A DNA stretch of 64,000 nucleotides from a virus, in IMG/VR virus record IMGVR_UViG_3300021961_000020; one strand, written 5' to 3'. This document shows positions 46,737 to 56,034 of the stretch, one piece after another (position 1 is the first letter of the stretch; every line of letters begins with the position of its first letter). Below the pieces are notes generated by a model. That model made no database searches and was not told the origin of the DNA. It saw only the letters and a list, made by a program, of their open reading frames with translations. The translations under genes were made by a program, and so were the position numbers.

Positions 46737-47609
46737 ATGGCAGCCCAATCCAACATAATCTTAAGGTATCCATTAGATATTATCGATGTGACGACTGATT
46801 ATATGTCCATCGAAGTAATGGAGTACAAACCAGGAGGAATTCCTTCCTTTAAAGGTAAAGTATCTGATTACGGAGCAAATACCAAAACAAAATCTGGTAA
46901 AGCAACATGCACTATTTTCTTGCCAATGCCAGACAGTATTGCTTCTGTTAATAGAACTGGATGGGGAGAAAGTAGAATAAGTGCTCTTGCAGGTGCAGGA
47001 CTTAAACTTGCTGGAGGTGCTTTAGATGCCGTATCTGGAAAGAAAACTGATCTTATAGGTAGCGTAGTAGATGAAGTTCAAGGTTTAGCAGGGTCTGGAT
47101 CGGGATATGATTTACTTAGGAATTATATCAGGGCAAGATCTCAGATTGGAATCATTAACGGTTTAGCGGGATCAAATATCAGCTTAAACGATGTTCTTGG
47201 AAGACAGTCTGGACAAATCGTTAACCAGAATGTTGAACTGCTTTTCAATGGTGTATCTCTGAGACCCTTCGGATTTAACTGGGACTTAGTTCCTAGGAGC
47301 AAAGAGGAAGCAGATAAAGTAAGAGAAATAATTCAAATTTTGAAGAAAAGTATGTCTGCAAACAGAGAGAATACTTCTTTCCTTAAAACTCCATATGTAT
47401 TCAGGTTGAGATATAGAAAAGGTAGTGGTAACAATGAATTTTTAAACGCATTTAAAATTTGCGCTATGACTGACATTGGAGTCGATTACACTGGTTCTGG
47501 AGCATACTCAACTTATGAAAATGGAAGTCCAGTTCACTATCGGTTGAACTTATCCTTCACCGAACTCGAACCTATCTATCAAGACGACTTCGATAAGGAG
47601 GGATACTAA
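46737..47609 (+). CDS. gp48: Baseplate tail-tube cap gp48
   Basis: LPMP, N.N.ELLFNG..LRPF.F, PYVF, V.Y.L.L.F.ELEP. Confidence 0.88.
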   Translation: MAAQSNIILRYPLDIIDVTTDYMSIEVMEYKPGGIPSFKGKVSDYGANTKTKSGKATCTIFLPMPDSIASVNRTGWGESRISALAGAGLKLAGGALDAVSGKKTDLIGSVVDEVQGLAGSGSGYDLLRNYIRARSQIGIINGLAGSNISLNDVLGRQSGQIVNQNVELLFNGVSLRPFGFNWDLVPRSKEEADKVREIIQILKKSMSANRENTSFLKTPYVFRLRYRKGSGNNEFLNAFKICAMTDIGVDYTGSGAYSTYENGSPVHYRLNLSFTELEPIYQDDFDKEGY

Positions 47610-48256
47610 TGGCTAGCAACTCTTACTTCAGACTATTACCAGACTTTCAATACCTCAACCCAACACAAACGGGTGGGGCTAGAAAGCAGTATGTAGATGT
47701 CAAGAATCTCTTCCTTAGGATGAAGGTTAAAGATTCTGCACTGTTGTATGCTACCAATTTTATCAAGTATCAGGTTTATGAAGGAGATAGACCTGACAAT
47801 GTAGCAGAGGATTTATATGGTAGTCCTTACTATGATTGGGTAGTTCTTCTAACTGCCAACATCATTAATGTCAGGGACGAATGGCCTATTAGTTCCAGAC
47901 TTCTTTATGATTATGCAGCGGATAAGTATGGAGAAAATCTAAACGCAACTAGACACTACGAGACAAGAGAAGTCAAAGATAGCAACGGTAGACTTATCCT
48001 TCCTGCTGGGCAAATCGTAGATCCAGGATTCACAATCCCTGATCCAGATAACATCGGACAAACACTGAATCCTGTCGTAAGTGTGTCTAACTGGTTAGTT
48101 GAGACTAGAAAAAACAATGAAAAAAGGTCCATTAAGGTACTCAAAAAAGAGTTCTTAGGACCTTTCTTAGAAGAAGTTAGAAGTTTCTTGCAATATCAGG
48201 AGTCTTCCCAGTACAATTCCAGCACTGGAAAAGTTGCTTCTGATGATTTAATTTAA
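47609..48256 (+). CDS. gp53: Baseplate wedge gp53 (LysM-like)
   Basis: Y.V.EGDRPD.VA..LYG...YDWVVL..NI.N...EWP. Confidence 0.9.
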   Translation: MASNSYFRLLPDFQYLNPTQTGGARKQYVDVKNLFLRMKVKDSALLYATNFIKYQVYEGDRPDNVAEDLYGSPYYDWVVLLTANIINVRDEWPISSRLLYDYAADKYGENLNATRHYETREVKDSNGRLILPAGQIVDPGFTIPDPDNIGQTLNPVVSVSNWLVETRKNNEKRSIKVLKKEFLGPFLEEVRSFLQYQESSQYNSSTGKVASDDLI

Positions 48257-48657
48257 AGAAGACTGAGTAAACCATTGACGCTTTTCTTAGCGTTAATGGT
48301 AGAGTATGGAACTGCGGGATTATCAAGAAGAACTGGATCCTGTCCCCTCATTCTGGCGACTCTGGTGATCTCCTCGTTCTCCTTCTCCGTTGCCAGATAA
48401 CGATCCTCCAGAAGTTTGGTCGTTATTTCTTTGGCACTTGCAAGATCCACATCCACAGCTGAAGTTGAGTGGTTGTATTTCCATGCGTTTCTAAATGTTC
48501 TAGTGGGCAATTCAGTGTGATCGATTACAGCATACTCTGCTACGGGGACATCCTTTGCGATGATATCCTCGTCAGAGAGCATACACTGTTCCGAAGGGAT
48601 AAGCAGGTTGCAATAACCGTCATCCCCGTTAAAAACGATTACTTTATTGCGAGACAT
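48253..48657 (-). CDS. Hypothetical protein
   Basis: ORF with LP.RTFRNAW motif. Confidence 0.7.
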   Translation of the reverse strand: MSRNKVIVFNGDDGYCNLLIPSEQCMLSDEDIIAKDVPVAEYAVIDHTELPTRTFRNAWKYNHSTSAVDVDLASAKEITTKLLEDRYLATEKENEEITRVARMRGQDPVLLDNPAVPYSTINAKKSVNGLLSLL

Positions 48658-48818
48658 CAGAGAGCAGAAGAAACTACGATGTTTTTTGCGGAGGGAAACA
48701 TGATCAGGACTTTGTTCCTTGCATCAGTATCATCTTTAGCAAATACATCCAATTTAGTAGTATTTGTATTGTTGCCATCATCATAAGTGACGACATAATG
48801 ATTACCTTGAAAAGCCAT
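48657..48818 (-). CDS. Small hypothetical protein (53 aa)
   Basis: Read by hand: MAFQGNHYVTYDDGNNTNTTKLDVFAKDDTDARNKVLIMFPSAKNIVVSSAL*. Confidence 0.7.
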   Translation of the reverse strand: MAFQGNHYVVTYDDGNNTNTTKLDVFAKDDTDARNKVLIMFPSAKNIVVSSAL

Positions 48819-48844
48819 TGATTTAATGAACAATTTCTACTAAC

Positions 48845-50509
48845 TTATTTATTAACAATAAAATCACCAATAACCAAAACATCGATGTTCATTTTTAGAA
48901 AAGATGAAATTGCATGATATGGAGTTTCTACGATTGGTTCTCCATTGTCGTTAAAAGATGTATTAAGAATCACTGGAGTTTCTAACCTACCCAACAAGTC
49001 ATAAACTTTTGGATTTTGATCAGAGTTAACAGTTTGAATTCTGCAACTCTTATCCATATGAGTAATTGCGGGAATTTTGTCAGTCTTAGAAGTTTGGATA
49101 TAGAGCATGTATGGAGTTATAAATCCTTCCTCAAAATATTCAGAAACATCTTGCTCTCTAATAATTCCAGCAAAAGGTCTCCAAGACTCTCTATGTTTAA
49201 CCCTCTCATTCAAAATATCTTTATTTTCCGCAACAGCAGGACTCATGAATATTGATCTAGAACCTAATGCTCTGGGACCATGCTCAGATCTTCCCTGAAA
49301 CCATCCAACAATTTTTTGATTTGATAGCATCACAGCAACTTCATTTGCATCATATGGCACATATGATAATCCAAATGCATCGAGATACTCTTTTATTTGA
49401 TCATTAGAATAATCTCTTCCTAACAAAGATATATTTTCTGGAAGATCTATGGTTTCATTCTCCTCAAAACATCCCCATGCTGCTGCACCAAAGTGAAGTC
49501 CAGCATCATCAGTAAATGGGGGAATGTGAATATTTTTAAATAATCCACTTTCTTTGATGAGGGTATTGGCAACAATATTGAGGAATGTGCCTCCAGCGAA
49601 ACAAGTAGTTTCGTCTAAGTGATATTTTCTCAATCCTTTCAAAAGACTTAGCATTCCATCTTCAAAACTCTTTTGAAGCCACCGTGCTCCTTCTTCTGGA
49701 GTGTCTGGTGGATTAAACCACCCACCTTGAGGAAATGTAATGTATGGGATGCTGTGATCAATTACTGAAAATCCAGATTCAAATCCACCCTTATATTTGT
49801 CTAGGGATCCATATGCAGACAATCCCATAATTTTTCCAACAGACGAAATAAAGTCAGTCCGAGATTCTGTTTTTTTCTGCATCTTCCATGCATATAATCC
49901 AGAAGCAACATGTGAGTAATAATTTCCAAAATTATTCAATTGTTGATCTGGCATATTATAGAATCTAAAAATCTTCTTTTCTTTATTAAAATATCCGATT
50001 GAATTATTTTCAACATAGGGAATCTCACTCCTATATGGATCATAAAGTCCAGATCCACCACCATCAAATGTAAGAAATGTTCCCTCATTATATGGTGAGG
50101 TGAAAACAGTAGAAGATGCGTGAGCTAAATGGTGACCACAGAAACGAATCTTAGCGTTTGGAAAATGTGGTTTGATATTTTTAAAAGTTAGATTCTCATC
50201 ATAATGAAATGGTACTGCAGTATTATAAACGGTAACATAGTAAACTATATCAACATCCTTACCAGTTATCCCAGCATATTCTAAACAATGGTTAATAGAT
50301 TTGTGAGGAAATTCTCCATCATACTTTATTCTACTAAGTCTTTCTTCATTAACACTACATATATGCTTTCCATGAATAAAGATTGTGCATCCAGAATCAT
50401 GGATATCAGCTTCCGTCAACTTACCAGTTTCGGAATTAGTTAAGTTTGCTGCGATAGGATGATTTATATCACCATTAAAATCAGCACCGTAAATACCAAC
50501 AATAATCAT
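48845..50509 (-). CDS. Carbamoyltransferase (NodU/CmcH/TobZ family)
   Basis: HHLAHA, DGGG, GKIMGLSAYG, GPRALGSRS, RPFA, LNTSFN..GEPIV. Confidence 0.93.
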   Translation of the reverse strand: MIIVGIYGADFNGDINHPIAANLTNSETGKLTEADIHDSGCTIFIHGKHICSVNEERLSRIKYDGEFPHKSINHCLEYAGITGKDVDIVYYVTVYNTAVPFHYDENLTFKNIKPHFPNAKIRFCGHHLAHASSTVFTSPYNEGTFLTFDGGGSGLYDPYRSEIPYVENNSIGYFNKEKKIFRFYNMPDQQLNNFGNYYSHVASGLYAWKMQKKTESRTDFISSVGKIMGLSAYGSLDKYKGGFESGFSVIDHSIPYITFPQGGWFNPPDTPEEGARWLQKSFEDGMLSLLKGLRKYHLDETTCFAGGTFLNIVANTLIKESGLFKNIHIPPFTDDAGLHFGAAAWGCFEENETIDLPENISLLGRDYSNDQIKEYLDAFGLSYVPYDANEVAVMLSNQKIVGWFQGRSEHGPRALGSRSIFMSPAVAENKDILNERVKHRESWRPFAGIIREQDVSEYFEEGFITPYMLYIQTSKTDKIPAITHMDKSCRIQTVNSDQNPKVYDLLGRLETPVILNTSFNDNGEPIVETPYHAISSFLKMNIDVLVIGDFIVNK

Positions 50510-50533
50510 ATCACTTTTATTAGTATCTATATT

Positions 50534-50557
50534 AAAAGGGGGAACTTAAGTTCCCCC
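50534..50557 (-). terminator. Rho-independent terminator after gp32
   Basis: GGGGGAAC-TTAA-GTTCCCCC-TTTT. Confidence 0.8.
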
Positions 50558-50570
50558 CAAAATTTATAAA

Positions 50571-51449
50571 TTACTCTTCAGCAAGACGCTGGAAGTAACT
50601 CAGAGCATCATCTTCGTCTTCAGATGCCGAAGAAGTTGCCTTAGGAACGGAAGCGAAATCATAATCATCTTCCTCATCGACAACCTCAGGATCGGGTGCC
50701 TTAGGAGCAGCAGAGATCCCGAGAACATAATCGAGACGCTTCTTCAGTTCGTCATAGGACTTGAACTGAGTGGGATCAACAATCTCTGCAAGAGAGTATT
50801 GCTTCTTCCAGATTGCTTCCATAGCATCGTCGTCATCCAGGAGAGCACCAGGACGAGCAAACTCAGAGGAGTCGTAGTTCCAGTATCCAGCAACCTTCTT
50901 GATCTTGATCTTGAAGTCTGCACCTGCCCAGAAATCGAACGGGTTGATAGGATCTTCGTCTTCAAACTCAGGTTGCATGGCAGACATGATCTTGTCAAAG
51001 ATCTTCTTACCAAACTTATAGAGGAAAACTTTGCCTTCGTTGTCGGGATTTGCGGGATCCTTCACAACATAGATGTTGGCATAGTACGACAGTTTACGCT
51101 TTTGCTTACGAGCGGTTTCTTTGTCGTAGTCAGTGCCACTGTTCCAGAGACTCGTGTTGAGTTCGGAGACAGGATCTTTCTGACCAAGAGTAGTCAGAGA
51201 ATTCTCGATGTACCAACCACCAGTGCCTTGGAAGGCATGGGAGTACATTTTTGCCCACGGAAGGTCTTCACCTTCAGGAGCAGGAAGGAAACGGATCACT
51301 GCATAACCGTTACCTGCTTTATCGACTTCGGGTTTCCAAAGACGATCGTCAGACGCGCCACCTCCCTTGTTGGTTTTTTCTACTTCCTTGACCAGTTTGG
51401 CAGTCAGGGAACCGAGGGAGGACTGTTTCTTAAGGGATGCAAAAGACAT
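50571..51449 (-). CDS. gp32: Single-stranded DNA-binding protein gp32
   Basis: DDRLWKP..DK.GNGYAVIRFLP, YIENSLTT, acidic tail. Confidence 0.97.
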   Translation of the reverse strand: MSFASLKKQSSLGSLTAKLVKEVEKTNKGGGASDDRLWKPEVDKAGNGYAVIRFLPAPEGEDLPWAKMYSHAFQGTGGWYIENSLTTLGQKDPVSELNTSLWNSGTDYDKETARKQKRKLSYYANIYVVKDPANPDNEGKVFLYKFGKKIFDKIMSAMQPEFEDEDPINPFDFWAGADFKIKIKKVAGYWNYDSSEFARPGALLDDDDAMEAIWKKQYSLAEIVDPTQFKSYDELKKRLDYVLGISAAPKAPDPEVVDEEDDYDFASVPKATSSASEDEDDALSYFQRLAEE

Positions 51450-51490
51450 TTGGATTTGGCTTGTGAAATGGATTTGGTTTGTACGGGTCT

Positions 51491-51520
51491 ATTATAGGGC
51501 GGACCCAACGCCCATGTCAA
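51491..51520 (-). promoter_or_regulatory. Consensus sigma70 promoter TTGACA-N18-TATAAT for gp32
   Basis: -35 at 51520-51515, -10 at 51496-51491. Confidence 0.85.
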
Positions 51521-51846
51521 GAAATCTGTTTCCTGACATTTTCGAGGGTTTTCTGCATGTTGGCAAAAAGAACCCCACAGTCCACATCAGATGGGAACCC
51601 CATCATTATAGCAGACTTACGGACATTATCGCGCATTTCTTTTGCGCGAGGATCATCGGAGAGAGTCATCCGTGTGTACAGATTCCTCTGCTTCTCCAGC
51701 AGAGTGTCGAGTTTGTCAAGATGCTTGACCTTATCTTCACGATCCAACTTGTCGAACGCAAACACTTCAGTATAGATTTCTTCCTGAAGTTCATTAATAT
51801 CTTGGATTGCCTCTTGGACAAATTCCGATTCAAAGAAGTCAGACAT
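51517..51846 (-). CDS. Conserved cyanophage protein (DUF1825-like)
   Basis: FFESE.VQ...RM.LSDDP.A. Confidence 0.7.
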   Translation of the reverse strand: MSDFFESEFVQEAIQDINELQEEIYTEVFAFDKLDREDKVKHLDKLDTLLEKQRNLYTRMTLSDDPRAKEMRDNVRKSAIMMGFPSDVDCGVLFANMQKTLENVRKQIS

Positions 51847-51864
51847 TTTTCTCCTCTGCCTGGG

Positions 51865-52434
51865 TTATTTAGATAAAATTGGAAGAATTGTAGCAACTAA
51901 AATGACTCTTCTTTCTTTAGCAGGACTTTGCATAAAATGCTTTCCACTAAAGAGTATAGCATCATCTTCCTTTGGATTATGACTCTCGTATTCAGATCTT
52001 TCTAAATTTTCGCAAAATGTTTTACCACCAGAATCAGTCAAATATAAGATAACATTACCATGAGGATACTGATGATCTATATGAGGTAAAGTATTGTATA
52101 TTTTATCTTGTGGATGGACGCAGTTCAGAGAAATTCTTAGGTATGATGCAAACTCTATACCATTGAAGTCTAAAATTTCATTCAACACACCAATAACTGC
52201 ATGTAATTCGTTAGCATCTGAATGACAAGATTTTGGGTATCTAAATTCGTTTTCTGGTCTTTGTAATATCGTTCTGGTATAAAAGGGGAGGTTTTTTTGT
52301 TCTCCATCCACATTAACAGGATCACTATAATTAGGTGTCGCTGATGGTATGTACGACCACATAATGTCTGTACCAAGAACCCATTGCTTGAACCTTCTAT
52401 AATTTTCGGAGCAAGGATTCTCTAGGACTTTCAT
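51865..52434 (-). CDS. Putative 2OG-Fe(II) oxygenase-like protein
   Basis: PHIDH, ILYLTDSGG.T, distal H and R.ILV. Confidence 0.6.
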   Translation of the reverse strand: MKVLENPCSENYRRFKQWVLGTDIMWSYIPSATPNYSDPVNVDGEQKNLPFYTRTILQRPENEFRYPKSCHSDANELHAVIGVLNEILDFNGIEFASYLRISLNCVHPQDKIYNTLPHIDHQYPHGNVILYLTDSGGKTFCENLERSEYESHNPKEDDAILFSGKHFMQSPAKERRVILVATILPILSK

Positions 52435-52685
52435 AATGGCAACCGTGCTCTCGTGGTCTTTTTCATGAAGTTGAGATCGATAGCATCACGCTTCAATTTC
52501 TCCTTCAAAGGTTTTGAAATAAGTTTGGTAATTGAGTCTACTTCAATACTATTCTCTTCACAGAAAAGAACAATTGCCTCAATATAGTTGATCTTTTCAC
52601 GCAAGACCAGATTCTCAATTTCTAAAGAGAACTTTGTGGCATTCATAAATTTCTTGCCCAAAGCTTTGGTTAGTTCATTTTCCAT
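52431..52685 (-). CDS. gp33: Late transcription co-activator gp33
   Basis: FSLEIE.LV....NYIEAIV.FCEEN.IE...LISKPLKEKL. Confidence 0.9.
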   Translation of the reverse strand: MENELTKALGKKFMNATKFSLEIENLVLREKINYIEAIVLFCEENSIEVDSITKLISKPLKEKLKRDAIDLNFMKKTTRARLPL

Positions 52686-53334
52686 TTAGTTTAAATTCTA
52701 CGAAATTTCTGATGTACTTTGTGAGTAATTTCATGTACTTAAGTTTATCATACTCTTCGTATACTTCACAACTCCCGTCCTCACATGCCATGATGATCAC
52801 GAACTTTTTAACAGGAACACCTGTCAGTTCATAGTACATGCAAGCATAAGCGGCACATTGGACGAAATAACCATCAATCCAATCTCTTGGTTTTGGTTTC
52901 TTACTGGTTTTAAAGTCGATGATCGCCAATTCGCCTTCATATTCAGCGATACAGTCAACAGTGCCAGCAACACCGAGTTCTCTACTATACAAAGAACCTT
53001 CCAAAGTATGAATATTGTCAATCTTATTCAAAGTAGGCTTAGCAATCTTGAATAAGAAGTCTGGAAGAGGTTGAACCTCTGGAAGATCCTGATTCTTAAG
53101 ATAATTTTCAGTCAAAGTGTGCATGTCGGTTCCACGACGGGTTGCCTTCCGAGTGATCTCGTTGGCAACCTCATCACCGACCCGTTTACGCCATTTAGCA
53201 AACTTTTCCCGTTCATAAAAACTGATGATAGAGGTAATGGATACCATCTTTGCATCAGGTGTATCATAGTATCGAACACCATCAATGGTGTCTCTCTCTA
53301 AACGAGGGAGTTCAATTTCAAGATGATTAAACAT
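52675..53334 (-). CDS. PD-(D/E)xK (Cas4-like) exonuclease
   Basis: SIT, RGT.MH, AGTVDC, IIDFKTS, Q..AY. Confidence 0.9.
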   Translation of the reverse strand: MFNHLEIELPRLERDTIDGVRYYDTPDAKMVSITSIISFYEREKFAKWRKRVGDEVANEITRKATRRGTDMHTLTENYLKNQDLPEVQPLPDFLFKIAKPTLNKIDNIHTLEGSLYSRELGVAGTVDCIAEYEGELAIIDFKTSKKPKPRDWIDGYFVQCAAYACMYYELTGVPVKKFVIIMACEDGSCEVYEEYDKLKYMKLLTKYIRNFVEFKLNGK

Positions 53335-54086
53335 TACATACCAAGAGCCAGTTTTGTAGTTAGATATTCCTTACAGAGACCAGAACGAACGATATCGTTG
53401 ACATCAAATTCAATAGACGAGAATGATGGCATTTGTTCCAAGATCTTCATAAAGTCCAGGATGCCGTTACGCTCATATGTTTTTGTAAGGTCAGTTTGAG
53501 TAGCATCACCACAGAAGTGAATCTTGGTGTTCTCACCGACACGAGTAATGATACTATCAAGTTCGTGGAAGTTCAGGTTCTGACACTCATCAACGATGAT
53601 GATAGCATCATCAAGAGTGGTTCCACGAATAAAAGATGTAGACCAGAAAGAAATGGTCTCCTGCTGCTTAAGGTTACCATACAGCATCTCAAAATCAGAG
53701 TCTGTAGGTAATTCAAACATATACTTTACCATATTCTTATAAGGAATTTGGTAAAGAGCAGATTTGTCCTCATGATCTCCAGGAAGGAAACCAATCTCTC
53801 TAGTCGAGACCAGAGAACGAACAATATAGATTTTCTGATAAGGAGAATGTTCGTCTAAAACATCCCTGAGAGCATTATACAGCACAATAAAGGTTTTACC
53901 AGTACCTGCTGCACCATAAGCAAAGATGTTTTTCCCAAGATGATAATCTTTGAACAGCGTTTCTTGATTATCTGTAAGGGGAGTAATATCAACAAGGAGA
54001 TCCGTATTAATCGGTTTCTTCCTTCTCATCTGTTTAGCAGTCATACCAACACCAATAGGTTCAGACGATTTTCTCTTTCTGGGCAT
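53334..54086 (-). CDS. phoH: PhoH family ATPase
   Basis: GAAGTGKT, GFLPG, RG.TL, DECQN, GD..Q.D, VRSG. Confidence 0.95.
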   Translation of the reverse strand: MPRKRKSSEPIGVGMTAKQMRRKKPINTDLLVDITPLTDNQETLFKDYHLGKNIFAYGAAGTGKTFIVLYNALRDVLDEHSPYQKIYIVRSLVSTREIGFLPGDHEDKSALYQIPYKNMVKYMFELPTDSDFEMLYGNLKQQETISFWSTSFIRGTTLDDAIIIVDECQNLNFHELDSIITRVGENTKIHFCGDATQTDLTKTYERNGILDFMKILEQMPSFSSIEFDVNDIVRSGLCKEYLTTKLALGM

Positions 54087-54091
54087 AAATT

Positions 54092-54346
54092 TTAGTCTAA
54101 GGTGAGTTTTTGACGATTGTTACCAGTTTTTTGTGCTTTACGGAGCACATCATTCCATCCAGGTTTGGACTTAAGAAGTTTGTCCTTCCATTCACCAACT
54201 TCTCCTACTCCAGGACAGGTGCTAGGGTCAGAAAAATCTCTAATCCACTCAGGATTATCGACTTTCCACTGATCCCAGTCATGAATACTCATGACTACCT
54301 CTTTAGTTTCACCAGTTACGGTATTCTTTACAGGATAAGTTGCCAT
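54092..54346 (-). CDS. Conserved hypothetical protein
   Basis: ORF upstream of phoH. Confidence 0.75.
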   Translation of the reverse strand: MATYPVKNTVTGETKEVVMSIHDWDQWKVDNPEWIRDFSDPSTCPGVGEVGEWKDKLLKSKPGWNDVLRKAQKTGNNRQKLTLD

Positions 54347-54373
54347 TTCAAAACATAGTGTATGTAATATTTA

Positions 54374-55012
54374 TCAGCACCATTCAAGTGCCTTACCTAC
54401 GGTAGGAAATTGTTCGCAGAAGATTTCCTTACATGCATTGGCAATTTCCATATGTTCCTTCTGGGTGCCATTTGCACTTCTAAGCGTGATGTAATGCACC
54501 CAGGAACGGCAGGAACCCGTCATATAGATCCTCGTGGGGGTTGCTAAGGGAAGCACCATTCTAGCGCACTCCTTGGCGACTCCACAGTCCAACAGGTGCT
54601 GATACAAACTCATGCCTTGCTTGAAATAAGTATCAATCTGCCTGGTAGACAGTTCTACAAACTCAGGATCCAGGTCGTCAATAGAATTTTGACGATTCTT
54701 GGTGTCTTGACGACGAAGTTCTGGGACTGGGATCGCCTCTGAGAGTAGGGAAGAATCAGCATACCGTTGGGAAAACTCTTGATATGTAAAAGAACGGTGA
54801 CGCAGTATTTGAGCTGCGATAGCACGAGTTGTCTCAATCTCAACCGTCATAAACGCTTGTTCAAAGACACTCCAATGACCGTGTTTGATGCAATACTTCA
54901 AGAGTCCTTCAAAACTCGGGTTATCCTGATTGGCAGGATTACTTACCCTGGCGATATACGCCATGGTTTCTTCAGGATTCGGTGTTGCTTGAATCAGTTT
55001 TACGCTCTGCAT
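54374..55012 (-). CDS. thyX: Flavin-dependent thymidylate synthase
   Basis: H.S.FE, RHRSFTYQEFSQRY ThyX motif. Confidence 0.97.
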   Translation of the reverse strand: MQSVKLIQATPNPEETMAYIARVSNPANQDNPSFEGLLKYCIKHGHWSVFEQAFMTVEIETTRAIAAQILRHRSFTYQEFSQRYADSSLLSEAIPVPELRRQDTKNRQNSIDDLDPEFVELSTRQIDTYFKQGMSLYQHLLDCGVAKECARMVLPLATPTRIYMTGSCRSWVHYITLRSANGTQKEHMEIANACKEIFCEQFPTVGKALEWC

Positions 55013-55146
55013 TAAGTTTCCTCATTTCGTTTATTTTAACACCACGCTTTGCTTTTTTTCTAGCTTGGCGCATATATTGTAATTCTTCCTCAGTATACAA
55101 CCAAGGTTGCTTAAGTGCCTCCTTGGCTAGACGCATCACTTCTTTA

Positions 55147-55332
55147 TTATTCATTGGGAACTTCAGCCTTGGTTTGTTTACGAACCTTTTTCAATGCTTT
55201 CAGTTCTTGTTTGATAAGTTGATATGCGGTTTCACTATCAATCTTGTGTCCCATTTCCATGGCACAAACAACATCGACACGGGTGCCAAAATGCATCAAT
55301 GCCCGTTCGAAACTATCTAAATCTTCGTACAT
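55147..55332 (-). CDS. Conserved hypothetical protein
   Basis: ORF. Confidence 0.7.
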   Translation of the reverse strand: MYEDLDSFERALMHFGTRVDVVCAMEMGHKIDSETAYQLIKQELKALKKVRKQTKAEVPNE

Positions 55333-55333
55333 G

Positions 55334-55552
55334 TCATTTACCCGAGTAGTAAACTTCGTAATATTTTAGCAGACCAGCAGTAATCATATTTCCTTGTGAG
55401 ACCCAATCATGGGCACACTCATAAATGCTCTGGTTGCTGTATTTGGGGGATCCGTCACTATTTAACTGAGATCCAAATTTATTCAGCAAGATACTTAGAC
55501 ACTCTTGTCTGAGTTTCATTTTTTGGTCGCTATAGCGCCAATCAGTCTGCAT
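55334..55552 (-). CDS. Conserved hypothetical protein
   Basis: Start moved to MQTDWRY. Confidence 0.7.
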   Translation of the reverse strand: MQTDWRYSDQKMKLRQECLSILLNKFGSQLNSDGSPKYSNQSIYECAHDWVSQGNMITAGLLKYYEVYYSGK

Positions 55553-55706
55553 AACCATCGTCGTCGTCATCGCTACTATAGTATTCTGGCAAATCATCAT
55601 ACCTATTTTCGGTATATGCCCCAGTATCAGAAAAGACTTCAGACTCCAACTCTTGAACTAGTGCTTTAAGAGTAAGGACTAATCCTTTTAAAACTTGTCT
55701 GTCCAT
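55542..55706 (-). CDS. Small acidic-tailed protein
   Basis: Start moved to MDRQVLK. Confidence 0.7.
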   Translation of the reverse strand: MDRQVLKGLVLTLKALVQELESEVFSDTGAYTENRYDDLPEYYSSDDDDDGYAD

Positions 55707-55725
55707 GGAAAAATAAGTTTTCTCA

Positions 55726-55762
55726 ATTCTACACAAAAAAAGAAGGGGTGTCAACCCCTTCT
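55726..55762 (-). terminator. Terminator hairpin overlapping a TTGACA-N17-TAGAAT promoter
   Basis: AGAAGGGG-TTGACA-CCCCTTCT-T6; -10 at 55731-55726. Confidence 0.8.
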
Positions 55763-55921
55763 ATTGAAAATTGGTTGAAAAGTCATTAACTGTTCAAACC
55801 AATCACGCAAGTGTATACGATAGCAAGACCAATACTTACACCCTCTATATGTTAGTTGGTAGCAAGCAGGTGGTCTGCTATCTTTATCCATATCATCATA
55901 ATGATATGTGTAATCTTCCAT
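55751..55921 (-). CDS. Small protein with LTYRG motif (56 aa)
   Basis: Start moved to MEDYTY (TAATG coupling); contains QLTYRGCKY. Confidence 0.7.
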   Translation of the reverse strand: MEDYTYHYDDMDKDSRPPACYQLTYRGCKYWSCYRIHLRDWFEQLMTFQPIFNRRG

Positions 55922-56034
55922 TACTTCACCTTTACTTGGCAATTTCCTGCCATGCAAAGTACAGCTTGATGACGACGATCTTCTTTTTGCTTCTTCTCTT
56001 TAATGAGTTGAAGAAAATTGAGTTTCTGCGTCAT
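55921..56034 (-). CDS. Small basic helical peptide (37 aa)
   Basis: Read by hand: MTQKLNFLQLIKEKKQKEDRRHQAVLCMAGNCQVKVK*. Confidence 0.65.
   Translation of the reverse strand: MTQKLNFLQLIKEKKQKEDRRHQAVLCMAGNCQVKVK

Noticed and set aside
52675-53334. Cas4 as evidence of a CRISPR system
   Set aside because: Stand-alone PD-(D/E)xK exonuclease in its usual position next to phoH; no cas genes or array
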